A model generated the notes under the pieces. The model saw nothing but the letters and a program-made list of their open reading frames with translations. It made no database searches and had not been told where the DNA came from. Positions 34,254 through 45,400 of a DNA stretch of 64,000 nt are shown here, one piece after another. The stretch comes from a virus: positions 1 to 64,000 of the IMG/VR virus record IMGVR_UViG_3300027736_000020; one strand, written 5' to 3'. The position numbers and the translations under genes are program-made. How positions within the stretch are numbered: position 1 is the stretch's first letter; every line of letters starts with the position of its first letter.

Positions 34254-35238
34254 AGCCAAATCCTTTTTGTGCAAACAAAAACAAATCGGGATGCTTATGC
34301 CGAATAATACCTTCCGGAAGCATTGTCTTGGTTTGGAATGCCGATAATATGTCTGCATCTGAAATATTTCCATATCCAGATCCCGGATTGATAAGCTGTG
34401 AATCGGTTATTTTGCCATTAGAATCTGTATCTGTAACAAATATCTCTGCATGTTGTCCGGTGCTTCCTTGTGCGTCAATCACGTCTCGAACTTTATGATT
34501 TTTGCCTCCATCAACAATTGTGTAATTAACTACAGATCCATCAGAACATTTTAATGTTAGCAAACAACCCGATCCTGCGTCAACATCCTCGGAAAATCTT
34601 GGGAGTCCTGCTGGCCCCCCCAAAGATACAAACTGAACAGGAGGATCAAACGGATCCCAACCCTCAATGTGTAAAGCTACATTTTTAAGCATCCAGAAAT
34701 CCTCAGAAGGAATCTCGTGAGATCCAGTAGAATTTTTTCTTCTTTTGCTTAACAGCGGAATATGTTTAAAATGACTCAACTCCCAGATGTCTTCATATTC
34801 ACTGTCATTATCAATTTCTTTAATTTTTGTTGCCCATATACCGGGACTAAAGTTATTTAAAGATTTACACTCAAAAGTAATATATTTTTCAATATTATTC
34901 CACCATAATTCAGAGGATTTTGGATAATTAATAATAAAATGAAGTTTATTATTATAATTTTTTGGTAAATGTCTTTTGTAATAAACTCCATCTTTTTCTT
35001 GCTCGGAATTTTTCATAAAAAAATCAATAAAAATACTTCTTGAAATGGGATTTGTTACAAATAATACATTTTGTTCAAGATATGTTATGAATTCTTTAAT
35101 TGATCCTTCAAATATTTTATAGGGAGTATGTTGGGTATATGGAGTAGTTTCCCAAAATCTAGTAGAAGCTTTTTCATGACTCAAAAACAACTTCTCTGTT
35201 GACTGTTTTTTTAAATCAAAATCAAACTCTTTTTTCAT
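34240..35238 (-). CDS. Hypothetical protein with C-terminal GSGY-type structural repeat
   Basis: TIVDGGKNH and QLINPGSGY beta-repeats; very AT-rich N-terminal half. Confidence 0.7.
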   Translation of the reverse strand: MKKEFDFDLKKQSTEKLFLSHEKASTRFWETTPYTQHTPYKIFEGSIKEFITYLEQNVLFVTNPISRSIFIDFFMKNSEQEKDGVYYKRHLPKNYNNKLHFIINYPKSSELWWNNIEKYITFECKSLNNFSPGIWATKIKEIDNDSEYEDIWELSHFKHIPLLSKRRKNSTGSHEIPSEDFWMLKNVALHIEGWDPFDPPVQFVSLGGPAGLPRFSEDVDAGSGCLLTLKCSDGSVVNYTIVDGGKNHKVRDVIDAQGSTGQHAEIFVTDTDSNGKITDSQLINPGSGYGNISDADILSAFQTKTMLPEGIIRHKHPDLFLFAQKGFGYEPQ

Positions 35239-36115
35239 ATGAATATTCCAAATCTTCTTCTACTTCTTTGAACCAAAAAATAGCTCCACCAATGGATACC
35301 GCAACCTTTGTCACTGTAACAGTTTGACTACTTGCTGCCCCGCTAACTGGCGGAACAGAAGATGTGTAAATTCTAGCAGAAGAAACTGCACCAGAGGGAC
35401 CAGCCGCTCCACCTCCGTTGTTGCCTGTAGCATTATCGCATACTGTTTCCGTTTTGGGATTATTGTACCAGTCTTTCTGAGATCCACAAGTGCTGGTAGT
35501 GTCAGCACAATTCCAATAGCCACCAGTATATACTGAGCGACAATTCGTCTGATATGTCCAACTGAATGAGGGCCACCCAGTGTTGCCAGTTCCACCCGCC
35601 ATGGAAAGAGTGCCGCTTGTTCCCGAATAATTTTCTGCAAGAATCAATACATATCCTGCACCGCTTCCTCCTTGATTATTGTTGTACGTAACTCCGTTAT
35701 TTCCTCCCCATGTTCCTGTTCCATTGTATCCGCTTGAAATTATCTGCCCATTGTTCACGAATTTTTTTGCCATTATTTTCATGGCATTTGCTCCGTAATT
35801 TGTTCCCCAAGAAGAGGCATAGTTAGCACCATTGGCGCTTGCGGGAAGAACGTCTTGCGGTGAAGCTAACGTGTACGCTGCTCCAGTTCCCGCAGTGTCG
35901 CTAGAAATTAATTGCGCAGATTTAATAACTCCATTATTTGTTAACGTACCAGATACCCTCAAATCAGTTGTCCTACTCAAGGTAATAGTTACCCCTGAAT
36001 TTATTGTCAAATCTCCATAGTAGTATGAAGTATTTGCTGAAAAATCAGTATTTGTGCTGATTGTAACACTATTTGTTGCAGTACCAAAATTTACAACTTG
36101 ATTTGCATAAATCAT
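35222..36115 (-). CDS. Gly/Asn/Thr-rich tail-associated protein
   Basis: YYYGDLTINSGVTITL, GGSGAGYVLILA; follows the fibre gene. Confidence 0.7.
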   Translation of the reverse strand: MIYANQVVNFGTATNSVTISTNTDFSANTSYYYGDLTINSGVTITLSRTTDLRVSGTLTNNGVIKSAQLISSDTAGTGAAYTLASPQDVLPASANGANYASSWGTNYGANAMKIMAKKFVNNGQIISSGYNGTGTWGGNNGVTYNNNQGGSGAGYVLILAENYSGTSGTLSMAGGTGNTGWPSFSWTYQTNCRSVYTGGYWNCADTTSTCGSQKDWYNNPKTETVCDNATGNNGGGAAGPSGAVSSARIYTSSVPPVSGAASSQTVTVTKVAVSIGGAIFWFKEVEEDLEYSYEKRV

Positions 36116-36129
36116 TTTTGTGCACCTTT

Positions 36130-39100
36130 TTATGAAAAGACAAGCGATAAACCTAGAAAATTTGCCGCATTTGTAGCAGTGACTCTAAAATAATACCCTG
36201 TATTAGGAGTTAGGGTAGACAGTGCTGTGTACGTCCCCGTTGATGTTGTGCTAGTAGCAATTGAGGCAGTTATGCCACCAGTTAATGTTGCAGTAACAGT
36301 TCCTCCTGAATAATTTCCGGGAACAACCAAGTATACATACGCGATGTTTCCAATAGCCATGGAGTAATAATACTGTCCGCTTGTCGCGTCAGTTGACAAA
36401 CTCACTGTAGAAGTAAAAGCCGAAGCAGGAATAAAACAACGAGGTGCGAATCCTCCAGTAACCGCTGAACTTGTGCTCACATTGCCTGTAGTATTGTTAA
36501 TTGTAAGTGGCCGGAGAGCCGACCAATTATCTCCCGAAGTTCCAGACGTTCCGAAAAGAAAATACACATTAGTGCCATCATTTCTCAACACAAGTGTGCC
36601 AATTCGAAGTCCATTTGCACCAGTTGTGGTAAATTCTCCGGCAGCTGATATGGCTGATCCACCAGACGTAGAAGAAATAGTTCCACTTGCCGATATCGTG
36701 GAAAACGCTCCAGTACTTGCGGTTGTGGCCCCTATGGTTCCGGTGATTCCTCCGCTAGCGGTGATAAGACCACTTGCCGATATCGTGGAAAACGCTCCAG
36801 TACTTGCGGTTGTGGCCCCTATGGTTCCGGTGATTCCTCCGCTAGCGGTGATAAGACCACTTGCCGATATGGTGGTAAATGCTCCAGTACTTGCAGTACT
36901 CGCGCCTACCGTGCCGTTCCATGCTCCAGTGGTAATTGTTCCAACACCGGTAATTCCAGTGTTTGCCAAAGATGCCCAAGCGGGAACACCTGCTGATGTC
37001 ATTGTAAGCAAAGAAGTAGCACTAGCTGGTTTGGTCAATTTGGCAAGAGTCGTTGTTGAATCAGCGTACAGAATATCTCCAACTGCGTAGCCAGTTGTTC
37101 CTGTGCCTCCACTTGAAGCAGAAACACCTGTTCCTCCTCCGCTAACAACAAAACTTGCTGCGGTAACTTTTCCTTGAACAACAATGCTATCTACATCAGA
37201 TGGTTTTGATTGTGCCGTTCGTCCAATGTAAATGGATCCATTATCATAACCGCGAAAAAATTCAGTCAATGCGGTTGTGCTGCCTGCATTGACCCACAAG
37301 CTTAGATATCCTGCGTATTCATTGATAACAGAAGATGCTTTTCGAGCACTGATTCCACCAAATGCGGTAAATGTAGGCGTTGCATTTACTGCTCCACCAA
37401 GGGCAATTCTTGCTCCAGAATCCGCTGCCCAAGCAGCACTGCTGCGAACGTACAACGAAGAAGCCAAGGAAGTATACGTAGATGTTCCAGAAACATCCAA
37501 AGCATTGCTTATTGTTTGAGGAGAATCACCAAATCCAAAAGCAAGACCTCCTTGTCGAGCAATATATGCAGGAAGTGAATGAGTATGATCTCCACGAGAA
37601 ATATTGACAGTTGTTCCAGCAGTGCCTTGTCCATCATTAGGAAGAGTACTGTAGGAAGTGTAATACCCATCCAGTCTTGGATGAGTATGTTCTCTGTGCG
37701 CCGCAAATTGTTGTGTTGATGAAGGATAAACAAGTCCTGTTCCATAGCCAGAAAAATCCAAAGTGGTTACTGCTGACGAAGCAGTAAATGATGATCCTTC
37801 TATGTACGAAGGAGCTGATGCTCCTGCAATGGTATTCCATTGTGCCGTAGTTGTTGTGCCAAGCCATCCAATAATATAATTATTTCCAGCAACTATGTAT
37901 TTGACAGGAAACATTCCCCAATTTCCCGTATCTCCCGGACTAGAAGGAATAGGCGTAAATGTAGCTTTACCTGCGTATACCGTTCCTGTTCCTGTTCCTG
38001 CTCCAGTAGCAGTAAAAATTGTTCCGATCATGTTTGATGCAGCGCCAACCGAAGTAAAATCAGTTGTTCCACGAGTGTAAATAGTATATGTTGTTCCGTT
38101 CACCATTGATGTTGCATTTACAACAGTATATCCAGACGTTGTTGACCATGTGTCTTGAAATCCTGCAACATTTGCCGAAATAGTAAGATTTAAAAAGTCA
38201 TCACTCCATAAGTCATCAAATGTATAATTTGATCCTGCAACTTGTCCACTTGCCAAGGATAAAGTAATGTTTGCTCCGGCAACAAAATTTAATCTTCTTT
38301 TTTGAACAGCACCTGACAAACCGACCGATCCAGTTGCTGTTCCTGAAGAAGAAGTAATTGAAACCCCTACTCTAGCTGTTGCATCCAGAACATGTGAAGA
38401 AGTAAAAGGATCAGAACCACCTATTGCATGAGTTGCAATGTGTGCCGTAGGATTATATGAGGAAGGTTGCGCGTGCACATGATCAATTCGTGCAACTTCG
38501 AATGACGATCCGGATGAAGCCGTAATAGTTGACGCAGTTCCAAGAAACGAGGCTGGTGTTGTTGTTCCCAAATATCCATATGAATACGTTGTTGTTCCAT
38601 TAAAGCCAACGCGCAAGGATTTGGATGTGGAATCCCATTGAACGTCTCCTGTTGCGGTAGGAGCAGCACCTGCGCTATTTTTTAATGTCAACGTAACAGC
38701 AGAAGAAATTGTTCCTCCAGTTATGGCAACATTTGAGGAACTAAAAAGGGTATTTGAAGTAAGTGTTGGCAATGAATTTGCGGCAGAAGATGTTGAAGAG
38801 ATAAAAGCTCCAGCAGATGTCACGTTGCCTGTCAACGTTGATGTACCAGCTACGGATAACGATCCGTATCCTGATGCTCCAATTGAAAGTCCATACACTG
38901 TTGAAGATGTATAAGAAAAGTTTCCTATTGCATTTCCAGCAACCGAGACGCCTAACGTGCTCGGTGTTCCTGTGGTTCTGTAAAAACCAGTATTTCTTTC
39001 ATTGGAACCACTTTCAAACGTAATTGAAGGATTTGCAGCAGTGCCCTTTTCAATCACAGACAATCTTTTTGCAACAACATAACTTAATATGGTGGAATAA

Positions 39101-40272
39101 TCAAATGAATTCAAAAGAATATCTTGGGAAGCACCCGGAGTTCCAGTAACGGCAATTCCGGAAGCTAGATTTGCTTGTCCGGGATTGTTTGTTGTCGACG
39201 TTGCTCCAGCGTATTGCGCAGTTAACGTAATGCTGGCATTATTTGTTGGCCCCACAACGGTAGTTCCCTGCGTACTTGTTGCAATGGTATTTGCAAGAAG
39301 TGCAGATGTATATGTACTACCAGATTTTGTTACAACAGCCAAGGGGAGTCCGTATACTCGTCCATCAACCGTATTGAGCTGTTGCGCATCATCATCTGTT
39401 CCTCTTCCGGCAATATACAAAGAAGAATCAAGATTGTCGGCAAATTCAAGAAAAGATTTTCGCATGTCTGCACGATAAACCGTATCAGACAAGATGCTCA
39501 CTAATGTTTGTGGACTTGACAAAGCAGTCGTATCATAATTATCGGCTCGATAAAAAGTATATGGATTTGTAGAAGCATTTGTTGATATGAAAGAAGAGGA
39601 TCTTCCTCCTTGAGCTTTTACGCTTGAATTTGCAGGAGTTGATACTGTATAGGAAACACCAGTGATGAATCCAAGGCTAACATCATTGGTAGTTATTGCT
39701 GAGGTGCGCAATCTCCAGCGTAACTGAATTCTGCGTGTTGTTTCTGCGCCAAAAACTGGATCCGTCATGATGTTTGTAATAGCATTATCTGCAGTATCAG
39801 TTCCTCCATATTTGTAAATAGTTGCACTTTTGTTTTCAGTTACTGAAGCATTGCTGCTTATTGTTTCACCTGATGCGGCTGTTGGCACTACTTCTTGATA
39901 CCATGCTTCAAGCCAGACAAAAGTATTCACATTTGTACTATCTACTGTAACAGTCATGGTGGAACCAGATGCAGCAGAAGCAATGGTAAAAATATTTCCT
40001 TGAATGTTCACGAAAGATTTTTGAATAGTTAAGGTATTTGAACTAATCGTAATATTGGGATTTGTCAAGAATCCCGAAGACTTATAGATACTTTGAACAA
40101 ATCTCTGTTGATTTTTTGCAATGATATCCTGCATGACATTCAAGTCAAAATCAAGGATACTCTTGCCCTGTTGAAAAACTACCGACTCCAAGGATTGATT
40201 TGCCGTGTCAATTGACGACACGCGACTTGTTCTTGTGGGGTAAATTCCAAGAGCAGAGTTTATCTTCTTCAT
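36130..40272 (-). CDS. Baseplate-attached long tail fibre / receptor-binding protein (1380 aa)
   Basis: N-terminal SVVFQQGKSILDFDLNVMQD baseplate-anchor-like motif, S/T/G-rich fibre body, immediately downstream of baseplate wedge genes. Confidence 0.8.
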   Translation of the reverse strand: MKKINSALGIYPTRTSRVSSIDTANQSLESVVFQQGKSILDFDLNVMQDIIAKNQQRFVQSIYKSSGFLTNPNITISSNTLTIQKSFVNIQGNIFTIASAASGSTMTVTVDSTNVNTFVWLEAWYQEVVPTAASGETISSNASVTENKSATIYKYGGTDTADNAITNIMTDPVFGAETTRRIQLRWRLRTSAITTNDVSLGFITGVSYTVSTPANSSVKAQGGRSSSFISTNASTNPYTFYRADNYDTTALSSPQTLVSILSDTVYRADMRKSFLEFADNLDSSLYIAGRGTDDDAQQLNTVDGRVYGLPLAVVTKSGSTYTSALLANTIATSTQGTTVVGPTNNASITLTAQYAGATSTTNNPGQANLASGIAVTGTPGASQDILLNSFDYSTILSYVVAKRLSVIEKGTAANPSITFESGSNERNTGFYRTTGTPSTLGVSVAGNAIGNFSYTSSTVYGLSIGASGYGSLSVAGTSTLTGNVTSAGAFISSTSSAANSLPTLTSNTLFSSSNVAITGGTISSAVTLTLKNSAGAAPTATGDVQWDSTSKSLRVGFNGTTTYSYGYLGTTTPASFLGTASTITASSGSSFEVARIDHVHAQPSSYNPTAHIATHAIGGSDPFTSSHVLDATARVGVSITSSSGTATGSVGLSGAVQKRRLNFVAGANITLSLASGQVAGSNYTFDDLWSDDFLNLTISANVAGFQDTWSTTSGYTVVNATSMVNGTTYTIYTRGTTDFTSVGAASNMIGTIFTATGAGTGTGTVYAGKATFTPIPSSPGDTGNWGMFPVKYIVAGNNYIIGWLGTTTTAQWNTIAGASAPSYIEGSSFTASSAVTTLDFSGYGTGLVYPSSTQQFAAHREHTHPRLDGYYTSYSTLPNDGQGTAGTTVNISRGDHTHSLPAYIARQGGLAFGFGDSPQTISNALDVSGTSTYTSLASSLYVRSSAAWAADSGARIALGGAVNATPTFTAFGGISARKASSVINEYAGYLSLWVNAGSTTALTEFFRGYDNGSIYIGRTAQSKPSDVDSIVVQGKVTAASFVVSGGGTGVSASSGGTGTTGYAVGDILYADSTTTLAKLTKPASATSLLTMTSAGVPAWASLANTGITGVGTITTGAWNGTVGASTASTGAFTTISASGLITASGGITGTIGATTASTGAFSTISASGLITASGGITGTIGATTASTGAFSTISASGTISSTSGGSAISAAGEFTTTGANGLRIGTLVLRNDGTNVYFLFGTSGTSGDNWSALRPLTINNTTGNVSTSSAVTGGFAPRCFIPASAFTSTVSLSTDATSGQYYYSMAIGNIAYVYLVVPGNYSGGTVTATLTGGITASIATSTTSTGTYTALSTLTPNTGYYFRVTATNAANFLGLSLVFS
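36683..36894 (-). repeat. Perfect 87-bp tandem duplication plus a diverged partial third copy (29-aa repeat)
   Basis: 36683-36769 is identical to 36770-36856; third copy starts at 36857. Confidence 0.95.
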
Positions 40273-40291
40273 GAGGTTTTCCTTGGATTGA

Positions 40292-42445
40292 TTAAGTCAG
40301 GAGAGGCTCTACCGTAAAGGATACTCCTGCGGGTTTGTATTTGTTTACTAGAGTATAAACAAAATTTTGCAGATTTGGCGACAAAATATTGTTTATCGTA
40401 TCATCAGGAGCAACTTTTACAATAAATGTTCCGGATCCTGTAATTGGCCCGATCCTTGTTGCGTTTGATACAGAATCAGATGGATAAAATGTTGTAGATG
40501 TTGAGCTATTGTATAGTGCCGCGGAATAGGAAATTTCCAATGATCCTAACGTTCCTGCAGTCATTGAAGCTGTTGATTGTATGTTTATGGTGGTCGCAGC
40601 TCCAGATGTAGAGGGTGTTCCTGTAATTGTTACAACTCCAGTTCCTAATGACCCGGTTAAAGGAGTTCCATATATTGTGCTGCTTCCCCATGAAGTTGCT
40701 GGGAAAAAATAAGGCGCAGAACTGCCTATTATTGTAACGTTTCCCAGTATGGTAATAGTTGCGGTGTAATACGTTGCCCCTGATGATACGGTACCAATGG
40801 TTATTGAGTATGGTTTTCCAACTGCTCCTATTGTCGTAGAAGACACTGATTGGCTTGGACTAACAAAATATGTACCGATACCACCAGTACCCGTGCCAAG
40901 GGAGATTATTTGAGTACCTGATGTCACGTTAGTTCCAGATAATGTTTGTCCAATCGCAAGAGAACCAACAATGGACGCTACGGAAACAGTTAACGTCGTT
41001 GTGGAGATGGAACCAGTGACAATTGCTTCTGTAGTATTCCAAGGGGATATGATTTTTGTTTTTGTATACGGCAAAGAACTTGATGTTCGATTAAATGGAC
41101 TGATCTTCAGATCTTTATCCACAGAAGGAAAAATAATCTTGAAAGGAGCAGATCCATCAACTACAGCGGTGGATTGTCCAGTTGCAGAAGAAACCAGCTC
41201 TGCAATAGCCAGATTATTTGATTTTGGAAGTAACGCTTCTCGTTGCATTCTTGATCTGTACATTTCATCCATGTTTATTTCGGAAGTCTGACGGCTAACG
41301 CTAAGGATTTTTCCCCAATATTCCAACCATTCTCCTGTAGCAATATGCTGATTGGTTTGCTGGGTTGCGGCTTGAATTTGCATTTTGTAATCTTTTATCA
41401 TCAATACAATGGGAATCAGAAACCTGAAATTATTATTTGTAAAAATCGGCCAAGAAATTGCATTTGCATCAATATCCAGTCCTCCTTCCAAGAGCAATGA
41501 AGAGGGAATATGTGTGCCATATTCTAGATCATCACTGTATTCAGTTTTTATTCCACCGTACCCGTTGAGGATCTTAGTGTCATATTTTTCTTGAAAATAT
41601 TCAACAAATTCTTTTAGGGAATAGTCAGCAAGATCAATATACTCGGGAGAAAAATAGGAACAGGATGAACTGAGTGAAAAAGATGCATCTGCCACATAAA
41701 TTGAAGGATCTCCTTTGCTTTCTTCCGAAAAAATGGAATATGTGGGGTTTCCAATTAATTCAGAGAATAAAATAGTATTTGCAAAAATTTGTCTTTTCAT
41801 TTTTGCAATATTGATATATCCAGAAACGCACGACGATGTGATCTGTGTGCTTGGTACTGTTTGAATGACATCAAGATAATATGTTCCAGATCCACCACTG
41901 CCAGTTCCCTTGGCAATGATTTTTGTTCCGGAAACTACTCCAACTCCACTCAATACTTGACCAATTGATATTCTTCCTGATGCAATTGAAGCAACATTGA
42001 GAGTACAGACAGTCGTTGACCCTGTCGGTGTCACATACGTATTTTGATAAATATTCGCGGTAAAAACTGCTTGAAGGACAACAGAGGAAAGATCTGGACT
42101 GGATAGTGAGAATATACCTTCTGAAGAATATTCATTGATGTCCCAAATTGCATTGATTTCTTTCATGTTGTTTGACAATGCATACGTCAAATCATATGGT
42201 ATTCCGGATAAAAAAACTGAATCTCCAAGAGCAAAATTCTTGAAATAATTTGTGGTTTTGTGCTTTACAACAATTGTATTATTGTACGGTTTGTCAATGG
42301 AAAGAATTGCAATTGGTTCAGGATGAACTCTTGCAAATGTTATTGCATTTTGAGGAATAGGATCTATGGAAAATAATCCCGGAAGTTCTTGAGAAATTCG
42401 AGACAATATGGTTGAGTTTGGCAAAACATCAAGAGGAGTACTCAT
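40292..42445 (-). CDS. Baseplate wedge protein (P2 gpI / Mu gp48-like) with inserted domains
   Basis: ATGEWLEYWGKILSVSRQ...YRSRM; C-terminal LVNKYKPAGVSF; follows baseplate J; start ATG 42445. Confidence 0.75.
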   Translation of the reverse strand: MSTPLDVLPNSTILSRISQELPGLFSIDPIPQNAITFARVHPEPIAILSIDKPYNNTIVVKHKTTNYFKNFALGDSVFLSGIPYDLTYALSNNMKEINAIWDINEYSSEGIFSLSSPDLSSVVLQAVFTANIYQNTYVTPTGSTTVCTLNVASIASGRISIGQVLSGVGVVSGTKIIAKGTGSGGSGTYYLDVIQTVPSTQITSSCVSGYINIAKMKRQIFANTILFSELIGNPTYSIFSEESKGDPSIYVADASFSLSSSCSYFSPEYIDLADYSLKEFVEYFQEKYDTKILNGYGGIKTEYSDDLEYGTHIPSSLLLEGGLDIDANAISWPIFTNNNFRFLIPIVLMIKDYKMQIQAATQQTNQHIATGEWLEYWGKILSVSRQTSEINMDEMYRSRMQREALLPKSNNLAIAELVSSATGQSTAVVDGSAPFKIIFPSVDKDLKISPFNRTSSSLPYTKTKIISPWNTTEAIVTGSISTTTLTVSVASIVGSLAIGQTLSGTNVTSGTQIISLGTGTGGIGTYFVSPSQSVSSTTIGAVGKPYSITIGTVSSGATYYTATITILGNVTIIGSSAPYFFPATSWGSSTIYGTPLTGSLGTGVVTITGTPSTSGAATTINIQSTASMTAGTLGSLEISYSAALYNSSTSTTFYPSDSVSNATRIGPITGSGTFIVKVAPDDTINNILSPNLQNFVYTLVNKYKPAGVSFTVEPLLT

Positions 42446-42446
42446 G

Positions 42447-45400
42447 TTATCGTATCTCGCAGGTTCCAAGCTTGAGTAATGATCCACGAAGAGGGACAAT
42501 AATATTTTGATCAATTGAGCTGGAATCCAGTGCAGATATTGTTACTGCAGAAATTCCCGGAATTCTCATTATTCTTTTTGTCAATTCAGATTTCTGAAAA
42601 TACTTGAGGCTGGGATTTACAAATTCATATATTACTGCGGAATTGAGATTTGTATCAAATAAATCGGTATAATACCATTGTGCTGAATCGCTTGAATACA
42701 CCTTATTTGTAAGATAAACCCAAGATGATCCATTCCACTTGAGAATGTCTACCGAAGCCAATGTAGGCCCATTTGCTGGTTTGGAAAAAGATATCTTAAT
42801 GCTGGAATACGTTCCAGTAATTGATTTTGATACTGAGGGAAATGATTTGTTCCCCTTGTCATCAATACACACAGCCATGTACTGATGCGTGGTTGATGCT
42901 ATACCTGATCCAATGCCAGCAAGGGTTATCGTTGGGATTCCAAATCCATCACTAATATCAAGTTCATTAATATAGTCAGAAACGGTAATGAAAATCTCTG
43001 TGGAAAGCAAATCTATTTTGTATCCATAATCAACAGTGGCAGAGATTGAAAAATCTTGTGTTTGAAATGCCGCGCTTTGAATGGTTACAGGAATTCCTGC
43101 CGCTTTGTACCCCGGATAAATAATTCCACTTGTGTTGTCCGTATACCCCTCAATGATTGTTTTGCACTTCAAAAGTAAATCGGCACTTACTGAGGAAGAA
43201 GTTCCATTTCCCACATAAAGCAAAATGTTATTGCTGCTTGTTTCTGTTGACAATGATTTGGTAATTTGTTCTGTAATATATCCAGCATTATCGGTAAGTT
43301 GTGCATTTTTTGCACCCTCCTCAATGGATTCTTTTGTTCCACGAGAAAGGGATTTTACAACTTTTTCAAAACGAGTTGTCCACTCTTCCTCTGTTTCATT
43401 ATTTGTGCCATTGGACAGAGAAGAAGCATTTGTTACGGAAGAAATACCATATACAGTAGTAAGTATTTCGGTAATCGTATTTTTTGCGGTGTTAAAAGAT
43501 GTTCCTGAGGAAGTTGCAACGACGGTATCTGTTCCTGAAGTGTAGTTTGAAGTACTCAATAATGTTATTGAATCAGCCAAAGAATACGTTTTTGAAGTGC
43601 TTGGAACGCGAACAATGGTTCCGGCTGGAATGACAAGATCACCCGTTGCAAGTTGCGCAGTGTTTGATGAAGGAAAAGAATTGAAAATTTGGCCAATCGA
43701 AGCTAACGTGGGGAAGAAACCATTATCCTCATAATAATAATATATTCCGTTAAACGCGGATGTCAAACTGGTCGTCAGTTTTTTGTATTCAATAATGCAT
43801 GAGTACGGCCAAACATCTGTCGTCCATGACAGTAAATTCAGGGAATTGATTTTTATGGAATACGAAACTCCACTAAATGCAGTGCTAGACACCAATGAAC
43901 TCAGCGTTAATGATGTAGGACTTGAAATAGAACTAATAGTTCTTTCGGGTGCAAGTGTTGGCGCTGAAGTTGATCTGACAACCAATAATGCTCCCAGCAT
44001 TGAAGTGTTCCATCCAGTCGAAACTCCAGTAACGGTTGTAGCACTTGAAGCTACGCTTATTGTTCCAGCACTATAATTTGTTTGTGTTTTCAACGGCGAA
44101 ATAGTATATGCTTGCGACGTTATCGATGTCGGAGTAGAAGATGAAGTGATGTTCTTGTATGTAGACAATGGAGTCTTTATTGATGCGGAAGAAACCCATT
44201 CTGTAACAATTCCGCCATATCCTTGATCTCCTCCTGATGCATTATCTTCGTCAAAGACAAGCTGGTCACCGATAATGGATTGATCGAAAGGAGAAATACT
44301 TCCGGTAACAACAATTCCGGAACTAACAGAAGGACCGGGACCAGATGTATTGGAGAACACTCCTGATATCTGACCGGAATGCATGTACGCATTTTCATAT
44401 GAAACACAATTTGCCATAGGAGACTGTTGTGTTGGCCAAGAGGAAATTGTTTCCTGAAAATTTCCAGTATCCTTTATCGTTAATCGAGGAGTGGCATCAT
44501 TGCTCGTGACAAGACCACCAACCGTGACTGCTCCCGGAGCACTGGCATTTGAAATGGTAATGGTAGTGGCAGAGCTTGTGTTGACAACGTATGTTCCATT
44601 GTATGCATTTGGAGTAAGTCCCGATAATGTTACTGATGTACCGATAGGAAAGGTATATCCTGCACTATGCGTAACCGTCCAGAGAGTTCCATTTGTTGTT
44701 ATTCCACCTGTGGCAATATTTGCGGCAAAAGAAAGATTTTCTGCGGAGGAAGAAGAACTTGAAAACACACTACCTGAGTCAGTAAGGGAAACAAGTGACG
44801 ATGCAACATCTGCCCACTGATACGTGCCACTGTTTGATGCTGTTCTGTAAACTCTATAATGCGTAACGGCAACATCGGATGTTGCCCCCCAAGATACAAC
44901 AACTTGTTGGCTTGCAGTAAGAGTAACGGTTGATGCGCAAGCAATCTTATCACTTTCAATCTCATAAGGAACAGAAACATATTTGCCATTTGTATATGTT
45001 CCAGTATTTTTTATCACACATGAAACATAATATGCATAGGTTCCTGCAGTATTTGATCCTAATGAATATGGAGTCCCGATGGAAATTGTTCCGGGCGTTC
45101 CGATCAATGGTGAATTGATTGGAACGGAAAATTCGGTTGCATTGCTCATGTCAGGAGATGTTGATTTTGAAAAAACATATTTGTTTGCATATTTTGTCAA
45201 CGGAAGACTGAGCCTTGTGACAAGATTTGCAGATCCTACCGATGATGAAGAAGCAGGTGTTGTTGCATAACTTCTTGACTCCATGAAAGTCGAAGGTACA
45301 GCAGTGGCCAAAGCAGGAAAAATATTGTATGTTCCAATACCTCCGGATCCTGTAAGATATCCAGTAATTGTTGATCCATTGGTTCCATTGATCACAATGG

